From Neovahlkampfia damariscottae (Eukaryota): a DNA stretch of 20,000 nucleotides. Positions 1 to 10,400 of the stretch are shown here, one piece after another. The stretch covers positions 53,695 through 73,694 of the forward strand of contig JABLTG010000100.1 of NCBI GenBank assembly GCA_016618085.1, read 5' to 3'. The notes beneath the pieces were generated by a model. It was given only the letters and a program-made list of their open reading frames with translations, made no database searches and was not told where the DNA came from. The translations under genes were made by a program, and so were the position numbers. Position 1 is the first letter of the stretch. Each line of letters opens with the position of its first letter.

Positions 1-935
1 TTTAATTCAATCAGAAAAACGTCATTGTAATAATCACTTTCCAAATTACCACCAAAACAGTAGATTTCATTTTTATAAAGAGATATTGTTCCAACACCTC
101 TTTTTGGTAATTTTTGATGGTTTGATTCAATTTCTTCCCATGATTTCAATTCATCAAGGTTCAATCGATGTATTGAGTCAAATGTGTCAATTCCATCAAA
201 ACCTCCCACCGAATACATGAAATTTTTATCTGAGGTGACCATATGACTTCTTCTTGGTGATGGATTGTTTTTCAATTCAATTCTTTTCCATTCCATTAAA
301 TTTAAGTCACAACAAAAAAGATCATTCAATAAAACTCCATGTCTATAACCACCAAAAACAAAAAAATTATCATTATGTAAAACAGCACCATGCCTTGTTC
401 TACCACCTGGTGATGGTAAAAACTCGTCAAAATATACTTCTTTCCATTGATTTTTTTTAAAATTAAAAATGTGTAAATCTTTAAACATTGAATGTTCACA
501 ATGGCCTCCATGAATAATTAAAGAATCTTTCCAAATCGCTGAAACATGACTATCTCTAACTTTTGGTGGATTTGTTTGTTTTATTTCTTCCCATTCTTCT
601 GTTATAAAATTAAAATTCCAAAAATCATTTAAATAATACTCTGTAGCACGAGTTGTGCCTCCACCACCTCCAAAAACATACATTTTATTTTTATATACGT
701 TTGATGTATGTGAACACCTTGGTCTTGGACATGGTTTGTCTTTGGTTGGATATAAATCAATCCAAATTCTTCTTTCAGGATAAAATTTTGTTATGATATT
801 TGTTTGTTGATCCAGTTCTTTAAAATGACCAGCAAAATAATATATCACATTTCCAAAAATGACAGATGAATGACATGAACGACAATTCAACTCTTCTGGA
901 ACTTGAACTTGCTCAACACGAAGGTGATTGTTCAT
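1..935 (-). CDS. Kelch-repeat (beta-propeller) protein, 3' end runs off the window
   Basis: ATG at 935. My translation is open to the window edge and shows repeated kelch units: RSCHSSVIFGNVIYYFAG, PRPRCSHTSNVYKNKMYVFGG..YLNDFWNFNFITEEW, RDSHVSAIWKDSLIIHGG, GRTRHGAVLHNDNFFVFGG, CFGGNLESDYYNDVF. It is absent from the ORF track because there is no stop in the window. Confidence 0.88.
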   Translation of the reverse strand, partial: MNNHLRVEQVQVPEELNCRSCHSSVIFGNVIYYFAGHFKELDQQTNIITKFYPERRIWIDLYPTKDKPCPRPRCSHTSNVYKNKMYVFGGGGGTTRATEYYLNDFWNFNFITEEWEEIKQTNPPKVRDSHVSAIWKDSLIIHGGHCEHSMFKDLHIFNFKKNQWKEVYFDEFLPSPGGRTRHGAVLHNDNFFVFGGYRHGVLLNDLFCCDLNLMEWKRIELKNNPSPRRSHMVTSDKNFMYSVGGFDGIDTFDSIHRLNLDELKSWEEIESNHQKLPKRGVGTISLYKNEIYCFGGNLESDYYNDVFLIEL

Positions 936-971
936 TGGAAGAAATAAAATGATTGGTGTAAATAAAGTTAT

Positions 972-3900
972 TTATTTATAATTTTTGAGTTTATTTCTCA
1001 CTTTTTCAGGGTTATTTTTAGACGTTGCCTCAAAAAATTCTTCAAAATCATTGTTATCAAAGATCCCGTTCAAAATATTTTTCTTTTGATCTTTTGATAA
1101 TTCTTCAATTTCTTTTTTCAAAATTAATCTGTTTTCCAATTTTAATAAATTGCCGTCTTTATCAATTTTGATTTCACCAGACCATTTTTCATCAAAATGA
1201 TAATTTTTGTATTCCTTTGAAACTGTTTTAAGATACTTCGATGTTTTTGTTGATAGATTCGAATATTCTCTCAGAATCTTCGAATTTTCTTGATTCGAAA
1301 TATTGAATTCCTTGAGTAAATTCATTGATTGTTTTATCGTCAAATTGATCATCTTCTAACATATGGAACAAAGTCATAGGAATTTCTTTTCCTTTTAGTA
1401 AATATTTCCCAATGTAGCAATTTCTGAAACAATTTTGATTGTTGAATGACATCTTCTGTTACAACAAATGTTGCACCTAAACTCTTCGTCAAAGATTCAA
1501 CTCTTGAAGCAGTGTTGACTGTATCTGAAATTACAGTTGCATCAATTCTATTTTCGGCTCCAATGGTTCCAAGCATTACTTCACCAAAATGAATACCAAT
1601 GCCAATTTGAACTGGGGTTGAGTGTTTTCTGCAAGTTTTGTTGAATTCTTTTAAAGTTGATAACATTTCAAAACCACACTTAATTGAATCATCCACATCA
1701 TATGGAAATAAAGCCATGATACAATCTCCAAAATTTGTTAATGAATCCATTATTTTTTGAAATAACTGGAGCTAAATAAGATAAAATATTATTAACAAAT
1801 GAAAATGATTCTTCAAGATTCATTTTTTCTGTTAAATCAGTGAAAGAACGAATATCAGAAAATAGAACTGAAATTTTTTTTTGTTGCAGCATCACCTTTT
1901 TGGACGTTTCTGATATCTCCTTTGCTCAATTGTTTTAAAAATTCTTTTGGAAGAAATCTTTCATATGATAAATTCAAGCTGTTCATATCTTCATATAATT
2001 TTGCATTTTCATAGGAAATAGCCAACTGGGAAGCAATATGGTTTAATATTTGCATTCTTTCTTCGTCAAATATACCTTCCAATGTCTTATTTTCTAAATA
2101 TATCAACCCAAGTAATTTTTTTCCTTTTATTATTGGATGAATGCACAAAGACTTGATTTTATTGAGTTGCAAGTATTCATTATCACAAAACTCCGAATCT
2201 GACACGTTGTTGATCGTAATTGTCTTTTTTAATTTTTTCGAGAATGATGTTAAAAACGAGGAGTACTGATCATCCTCTTTGATCGATTTTGTTGATTCAT
2301 GAACAACAGAAATCTTTCCATGATCAATTAAAACTTCAAGGTACTCTTCTCCTTTTTCATAGAAAAATAATAATCCTCTTTCTGAACCGGTGTTTTCGAT
2401 AATGATTTCCATGACTTTTATGATTAAAGCGGATGTAGTCAATTCAACAGAAAGGGCTAGAGATGATTTAATGATGCTCATCATATCGAATGATTCATTT
2501 ACATACCCTGAGCTGGAATCAAGAACTGAAGTTGATGCCATTATAATTGTTGAATTGAGATTTGAAGCTCTTCTTTTGTAAGAAACATATTTACTGAATC
2601 TTCTTTTTAATCTATCCAGCTGAGCTTTTGCTGATAAGTTAGAGTAAATAGATACAATATCGCTGTAGTACATACCACAAATAGCCTTTGGGAAATTATT
2701 TTCTTCACAGTACTCAAGCATCAATGATGTAGTAATAATTGATATTGTTTTGAGACCTTGTTTATTTGCTAATTCGATTACTGATTCATATGATGAAATC
2801 ACTATTCATTTGTCTTGATGATTCATTGTTGATGATTCATAATTCGTTTTTAATAATTGATATCTTGGTGCCAAATATTCAGGTCCAATTTTGGAAAACA
2901 ATTCATATTCTGCCAAATAATGTTTTATCTTTTCCAAAAGTGAATCATTTTTCCTGATTTTAAAGAAACGAATCAATAATAAACAATGATAAAGTTTCAA
3001 TTCGTAGTAACTCACAAGCCCAGCTTGTGTTTCAATAATTTCAGTTCCTTCTTCTAACATCTTGAATGCTTCTTCATACTCAAATTTGTGAAAATGAAGA
3101 AATACTTTCACAAAGAATCAAACCAGAAATAGCTTTGAATTCTTCAAACTTAGGGATTTGAAATACTGGACTGTAATTTGAAATTCCCATAAAATCCAGC
3201 GCTAAATGCCGAAAAACTTCACCAGCATCTTGCATATACACATTGTTGATTTCTTTAAACCATTTGATACTTCTTTTTCTATTTGATGCATTGTATTGTT
3301 GTAGTTTTCGCCATTAAGAATATTTGCCAATATTCCGTTGAGAGAGCAATAATTACTACAAATATATTCTCCATTTGTTGATCCGTATTTTATTCCAAAA
3401 TCACAATGATACAATGCTTGTTTTATTTACAACAATTAATGTTCCATTAGCCAAGAAGGATCTCAGTGCAGCTTCATTGAATGATGAATTCACTAATTCT
3501 GAAAACAGTTTTTCACTTGCAGTAATCAATCCTCGTCCTGAAATTTCTTTAAAGAAAAATGAATAAATCCACCCAGCAGTGGCCAATGACACAGGTGCAT
3601 TAAACGATAAACCTTCCATTAATGACATAAATAATGATATTTCGATAGAAACAAATAATAATAGAGGATTTGTATTTTATGCGATCATGATAATGTCAAT
3701 AGAGTCAATCAGTAAGTTTGAAGCAGAATAATCTCTTCATTTTCACATTTTTTGTGGTTCGAAATTTGATTTACTCCGCCAACCATTTCCATTTCATCAT
3801 TCAACTTTTTTTTGAATTCTACTACAAATTTCATTGTTCTTCCAACATCATGCAACGGAATATCTTTGGTTAAATCAAACAATCTTAAAATATCTAATAG

Positions 3901-6060
3901 AAGAAGATACCCTTTGTCAAATTCTGCTGTTAATGAATGCATTTTGATGTAATGAGAATATGTTGTCAATTTATCAATTTTTCCAATTGACTTTTCTAAA
4001 AGAAGTTCATAAGTTTGTTCAGCTTCGTTCAAAAGAACATTTGCATGATAATATTTCGCTAGAATTGAAAATGCTTCATATGCATTTCTATAATCCGAAT
4101 CCCAACAATTATCAGGCAACTTGTCAATTGAAATCTTTGAAAATTTCAAAATACTTTCATTTGAACAATTTTCCTGTGATTTTTTTGAAGCCAACAAATT
4201 TAACTTCAATATTTCTGAATTTTTGAAGTGTGCTTTTGAATTGTTGATATGATTGACAATTTTGAAAATTTTGTTCTCAATTTCTTGCGGATCTTTGTAA
4301 AGTTCCAGCAATCTTGTTGCAATGATAAAATGATTTTATTCTTCTCTTTGTCATCAATCAATTCATAAGAGGCTTCTTGTAGTTTATCGTGGTAAAATTT
4401 GTACTCATTTGATTTCACTTGTTTCAACCATCCAGTTTCAACAGCTTTCATCAATTGAACATTTAATGATGATGTTGAATTCATCCACTTTAATTCTTCA
4501 ATAACAAAACTATTCGAAATACAAGAGGCTTTCTTCAAAAATTCTTGAATTGCTTGAGGTTGTTTCTTCAAATTTTTTACCATAAATTCGATTACATTTG
4601 AACTGAAATTCATCTTTTCCACAGAGTCAATGTCCCATTTCCACATTTCTTTTTCCAAGAATATCAAATTTTCTTCATACAAAGTGTTGATAAATTCTCT
4701 TGAGAAAAATGGATTCCCAGCAGTTTTTTTATGGATAAGTTGACTTAATTCCATATTTCTCTCTTTGGGTGCCAAAAGTGTATCTGAAATCATTTCATTC
4801 AAATCATCAATATTCAAAGGTCCAAGAACAATATTTTCAATTGATTTGTTTTCATTTATGATCTCCATCAATGGATGAGATGAATTCACTTCATTGTTTC
4901 TATAGGCTCCAATGATCATAATTCCTGGTGGATTTAACTTCAAGATATATTCTAGTAATTGAATTGACGAAGCATCAGCCCATTGTAAATCATCAATTAC
5001 CAAAACTAAAGTACAATCTTTTGTGAAACAATCAAAAAATTTCAAAAATGAATCAAAAATCCTGAATTGAATATCTCTCAAAGTTGTCAACACACTTGCT
5101 TGTTTAGGTTTTCCGATGATAATTTCAAGTTCAGGAACAAACGTTGATAGTACACTTCCAAAATCGTTTTTCAAATCAAGTTTCATTAAAGATGCAATGT
5201 TGGTGTTAATGTCCGATTTGTCGGATAATATTTTTGATATAAGAGATTTGATCACATCTGTAAAGGCTAAATAAGGTGTTAATCTGCTGAACTGTGCAAA
5301 TTTTACGTATCCTAAAGTGAGGTTCATTCCTTGTTTGAACAATTCTTCAATCAATTTTGATTTTCCGATTCCACAAAAACCAGAAACAAAAACATGCCTT
5401 TTCTTGATTCAATCACTTTTTTAACAATTTAATTTCTTCATTTCTACCATATAACTTGTTTGGAATTTGAAATGGCTTGATATCAAACATACCAAGTTCA
5501 AAATCATCTGGTATTTTTCTAAGATGTTCTAAAATGAATTCAAATCTTTAACAACTCCAGTACATGAATAATATCGATCTGAAGGGTTTTTTGATGCCAT
5601 TTTTTGAATAACATCATTAAGTATTTTTGGAACTCCTGAAATATTAGGCATTTTTTTTGTAATTTGAGAGTGAACAATAGCCAATTTATCACCCAAAAAA
5701 GGTTGTTTGCCAGTGATTAATTCATAAAAAGAAATACCTAATGAATAGATATCACTTCTAAAATCCACATTTTGAGATTTTATTCTTCCAGTAGCTTCTA
5801 GTGAAATATAAGCATATGTTCCAATTGGTGTTATGCATGAAATAGAAGGTGATTTTCTAGAAACAGCAGAAGCAAGTCCAAAATCAATCAACTTTGTTGT
5901 ATAGTTCTTTTGAAAGAGAAAATTTGCAGGTTTAATATCACAATGAATGATGTTTTTAGAGTGAGTAATTTCTAAAGCCTTGGTCATATCAATTGAAAGT
6001 TTCAAGAAATTTTCTGTTGACACTTTTTTTTCTTGTTGAAAGAACTGTTGATAACTTCTT
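972..6060 (-). pseudogene. Disrupted multidomain signalling gene: Ser/Thr kinase + AAA/STAND-type ATPase + helical region + GAF + class III adenylate/guanylate cyclase
   Basis: Collinear fragments in shifting frames: kinase (IIHCDIKPANF, KLIDFGLA, GTYAYISLE, SDIYSLG; 5529-6023), KLYGRNEE and Walker A SGFCGIGKS (~5355-5450), Walker B LVLVIDDLQWAD and TAGNPFF (4206-5354), GAF (KSLCIHPII..LGLIYLEN..IASQLAISYENA; 1855-2802), cyclase (SVLFSDIRSFT, GDCIMALF, IGIGIHFGEVMLGTIG, TVISDTVNTASRVE, LKGK). There are about 10 frame breaks; those I examined lack GT-AG introns. There is an in-frame TGA at 2806-2808, and the kinase N-lobe is missing. Confidence 0.82.
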
Positions 6061-6166
6061 TCTCCTTTTTATAGTTTGCCAAAACTAGACAAGTCGGACA
6101 ATTATAGAAATTTGAATGCCCAAATTAAAAATAAACCAATAAAAACTATTTGAAAACTTGAACGTC

Positions 6167-7290
6167 ATGAGTAATAATTTGATTCCAAATGAAAAAAATA
6201 TATTATTCTTCATGGTAATAGGGTTATGTTCATCATTTTCATCATGCTTATTATGTTTATGCTCCATTAATTGTTTGTGTAACGAATGATTCTTGTTAAA
6301 TTTTTCAGTTGCAACTTGTATACCAAAAAAGAAAAGAGAACATGAAAAAAAAGACAAAATAGGAAGAAATACACTTGGAGAAACATTCATTGAACCTTCA
6401 AAAATGGAAAAAAGTGTTTCAAATTTCGGGTATTTGATTCCATTAATTGTCACTTCTGGACAATATATTTATTGGATATTTGTTTCCACTTATATTATGA
6501 CATTTTATTTCTTACAAATAGCTTTCATAGAAAATTGGTCATCTTACTTCACGTACAGATTTATATCTCTGACATCCATTCCGATTTGGCTCTTGTTGTA
6601 CGTCGTTTATCTTTTAGAAATTGCTATGCATACTCTCACGGTCAAATGTTGAAAAACATGAAAACCAAAATAGCACTACATCGGGAAATTGATAACTTAA
6701 AAGAAGTGCCTGAAATCATTTTTGAAATGGAATGTTATCACACGGTTACATCTGGCTCCAAGAACAAAACTACAAAAGAAAGTCACAAAAAACCATCACA
6801 GAAACATTGAAATTCAGCAAAATTATTGATAGATCTGATAGTTTTAATGATATAGATTTTGATTTGGTAGGTATTACTTTCCATAAAACAATTGCTCCAG
6901 GAGATGACAAAACAAAACAATACATGGATCAACTGAAATCTGATATGATAGAAAATTATAAGAATGTTGATAAGCATTACACTTTTTCTGAAAAAATCAA
7001 TTATCAGAATTTTAAGCAATATGCTTTTTTTGTATGATAAAAAACCTCAATTTCTTGGATTTTCTCAATATTTCATTGCAAGCATGTTCTGTTGGTCACT
7101 TCCATACCGTTTATGGATGGACAAAATATCACATAAATCAACTTTCAATATTCACAAAGTTGTGCATCCAGAAAACCAAAGAGAAGAAATCAAAATTGAA
7201 ACTTCGAACATGATATATTCAAATCAAGAAAATGATGAGCAACCTTTGGATCAAGAATTATTCTCAAATGAAAAATACTACTGTAAATAA
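6167..7290 (+). pseudogene. TMEM151-family-like membrane protein, frameshifted
   Basis: ATG at 6167 (MSNNLIPNEKNILFFMVIGLC...) with a 30-nt intron at 6279-6308 joining to the 6293 frame. Hydrophobic helices are followed by PEIIFEMECYH...D-S...FHKT...ENYKNVD...FKQ...KPQF...ASMFCWSLPYRLW...IHKVV, which matches my recollection of the TMEM151 pattern. Three frame breaks occur at about 6620, 6780 and 7025. Confidence 0.65.
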
Positions 7291-7311
7291 AATGTCGAAA
7301 AATAAAAAATA

Positions 7312-7386
7312 TTCTGGAAACCGGGTTCGAACCGGTGTCTTCCGATTCAGAGTCGGACGTACTAATAACCACTATACTATACCAGA
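7312..7386 (-). tRNA. tRNA-Gln (anticodon CTG), intronless
   Basis: Reverse complement folds as a cloverleaf: acceptor TCTGGTA/TTCCAGA (one T-T mismatch), D arm containing AGTGG, anticodon arm TCCGA-CTCTGAA-TCGGA, T arm ACCGG-TTCGAAC-CCGGT, discriminator A, then a T-rich Pol III terminator region. Confidence 0.93.
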
Positions 7387-7494
7387 TCCAAAGGTCTGTA
7401 GGAGAACTTTAACCATTAAAAACCAAGTTTCTTCGACTTGAGAATTTTTAAAATCATCATCATTTTCATTGGTCACAACAATCTGAAGTTGAAG

Positions 7495-10400
7495 ATGAAC
7501 CCTTCCACTAGTCAATCACTACCTCCAGCATGTCTGTTTTTTGGAAAGTACACTTCAAAATGTGGCTACTGTAAAGAATATGATGAGAAAACAAACACTT
7601 TCATAAAGAAAGAAACAAGGTTAAAAAAAGATTAAAAATTTAAACGAATTAGTGTTCAAATTGGCATGAATTTGATTACTTTCACACCTGAAGATTATGA
7701 AAAATTATACGATAGAGGATGGCAAAGATCAGGTACCTTTGGATACCAACCTCAAAATCAAGAAACTTGTTGTGCTCAATATGGTTCCAAAAAAAAAAGT
7801 AAATATTAATTCTTCAAAAGGAATTCGTTTAGATACTTCAAAATTAGTTTTAGACAAAAAACAAAAAAAAGTGATGAACAAATGGGAAAAGTTCTTAAGT
7901 GGAAAAGTAGATGCTGAAAAAGAAATTAATGAGAAAAAACAACAAGTATCAAAATTGTATCAAGAAATTACCAAAGATTTGAAAGAATGTATTGATGAAA
8001 TTTTGAAAACAGAAGACTCAAAAATTAATTTTAAAATTCATATATCAAGCAAAAAAATCAAAAACGTCTGTGATTTTTCAACCTCTATTGGAATAACTTT
8101 AAGTAAAGTTTTAAAAAAACAAGATGGTAAATATTTTGGAAATTTAATATCAAAAAAATTCCAACAAAAATTTGAAAAATATCATCAAGAATTGGAATCT
8201 ATTGGTGTATCTGAAACTGGTCATTTGAACTTTTTATTGAAAAAAAAAGATGAAATCAAGAAAGAAATTAAACTAAAAGATATCCAATTAAAAATATTCC
8301 CAACATCATTCAAAGAAGAAGAATTTGAATTATACAAAAAATATCAAGTCAAAGTTCATCGTGATAATTTGGACGATTTAACAGAAGAGCAATATAAAAA
8401 CTTTTTATGTGAATCACCATTACAATATGTCAACAATCCTGATTGGAAAGACAGTCCTTTAAATTTAAAATTTGGTTCATTTCATATCCAATACATTGTA
8501 AGAAAATGAAAAAAAAAACTAAACAGACTATTTTTCACAGTTAGATGGAAATTTGATTGCTGTTTCAGTAGTAGATGTATTGCCTCATGGAATATCTTCA
8601 AAATATCATTTTTATCATCCAAATTATTCATTTTTATCTCTAGGTGTTTTCTCAGTAATTCAAGAATGTGAAATCGTAAAATTTCATTCAAATTTTACGC
8701 CATCATTCAAATATTATTATCTTGGTTATTATGTTCATAACAATTCAAAAGTGAATTACAAAGGAAATTATTATCCATCAGAATTATTATGTCCTGTAAC
8801 ATTGAATTGGGTACCAATTGAAAAATGTAGAAAATTATTAGATCAAAAGAAATTTTGTCAGTTATTTCCTGAAGATGAAAAATTACCTGAAGAGAAACCT
8901 ATTGTTGTTCATCATGGATTTACTTGTGATGTGTGCAGAAAATTCAATTTCACTGGGAATAGATATCATTGTTTGGATAAAGGTACATCTATTTTAATGG
9001 CAGATGGTTCAGAAAAAAATATTGAAGATATTAAATTAAATGACGAAGTACTTGGTCCAGATTCAAAGCCAAGAAAAGTTATTAACTTAACAAATGGAAC
9101 TGATATAATGTACAGAATTACTCAAAAATCAAATAGCAAAAAAGATACAGTGTATGGGCAAACTGAATTCATTTGCAATTCAAGACATTTATTAGTAGTT
9201 GAAACCCCAAGATTTGTTAGTATTGTTAAACAAGTGAAAGAAGTAAGAACTGGAATATTAAAAGAATATGTGGAATATTATAAACTTTCTGAAATTAATG
9301 TTGATACAAATAGAAAAATTAAAATGGTAAAATTGGTTGTTGCATCATTTTCTCATAAAAAATGGGGTGAAAAAAAAGCAAAAGAACAAGCAATTAAATT
9401 TAGGGAAAATATTATTAAAGAAAATGATGGTGAAAAGATATTTAAATGGTTAATAGAAGCTAGAGATGTAGATCATATTCATCCAAAAGTAAGAAATGCT
9501 ACATATCAAATACATGCACCTATATTAATTGAAAATGACAATTTTAGAAAGAAGTGTAATGAACTTGATGAAAAAAATTTATTCAGTAATGATGAAAATA
9601 TTAGTAAAATGGCTTGGTTATTTGGATTATGGATTGGTGATGGAAGTTCAATAGATTCAAGAATAGCAGTGAATATAAAAGATAAAGATGAAATTAAAAG
9701 AATTCAAGATTATTCGAATGATTTAGGATTATGTTCTTCAAAAGAACCTTATCAAACACCATTACAGATTGAAAAAAAAAGTTTAACTGGAACTATAGAT
9801 ATTCATTCAAGTAAAATTAGAATGAATAATAATGGTGATGAATCAAAAATTAAACACAAAAAATTGTTCAATACATTCTGGAATTTGATTGAAGCATATG
9901 GATTAGGCAATGAAACCACAAAATTTGTTCCAAATGATTTTCATTTGGAAGAAATTTTTGTCAGAGAATGGTTTTTAGCTGGTTTAATTGATTCAGATGG
10001 TTGTGTTCATCAAGATAAAGTTTATATTACAACGATATATGAGAAAGTTAGCGACGGTGTTGTGAAGATTTCAAAGTCCTTAGGAATTAGAGCTTCAGTC
10101 TCATATAGAGAAGCATATATTGATAAATGGAAAGTGAACCATAAAAAAGCATATAATGTTACATTATCAATGAGTAGTGCTTTACAAAATATTTTATCAA
10201 AATGTTCAATTACTGGAGAATATGCAAATGATGGTGGATCAAAAAGAAAATATATTTCTCCACCTGAAAAAGTTGAATATTTAAATCAACCTTTTTATTT
10301 TAATTGTGAAAAAATTCAACAATCAGTGAATGAAAATAAAAAGAAAAATATTAAAAATTTAAGTGATGACGAAATTAGAAAATTAATGAAAGAATATGAT

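Noticed and set aside
2806..2808. TGA as evidence of an alternative genetic code or selenocysteine
   Set aside because: It is a single case inside a gene with many other lesions. Intact genes use TGG for conserved Trp and show no in-frame TGA.
6085..6453. 122-aa minus-strand ORF as the missing kinase N-terminus or a separate gene
   Set aside because: It has no kinase motifs and is the antisense shadow of the spliced TMEM151-like exons 1-2.
7312..7495. Functional link between the tRNA gene and adjacent ATE1, or tRNA as an integration site
   Set aside because: The tRNA is Gln rather than Arg, and I saw no duplicated tRNA 3' end or integrase. Its position at the edge of the decayed block may be chance.
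7697..7820. N-terminus of the 270-aa ORF (MKNYTIEDG...)
   Set aside because: This is an off-frame reading of ATE1 exon 2 plus intron 2. The true frame gives DRGWQRSG...TCC.
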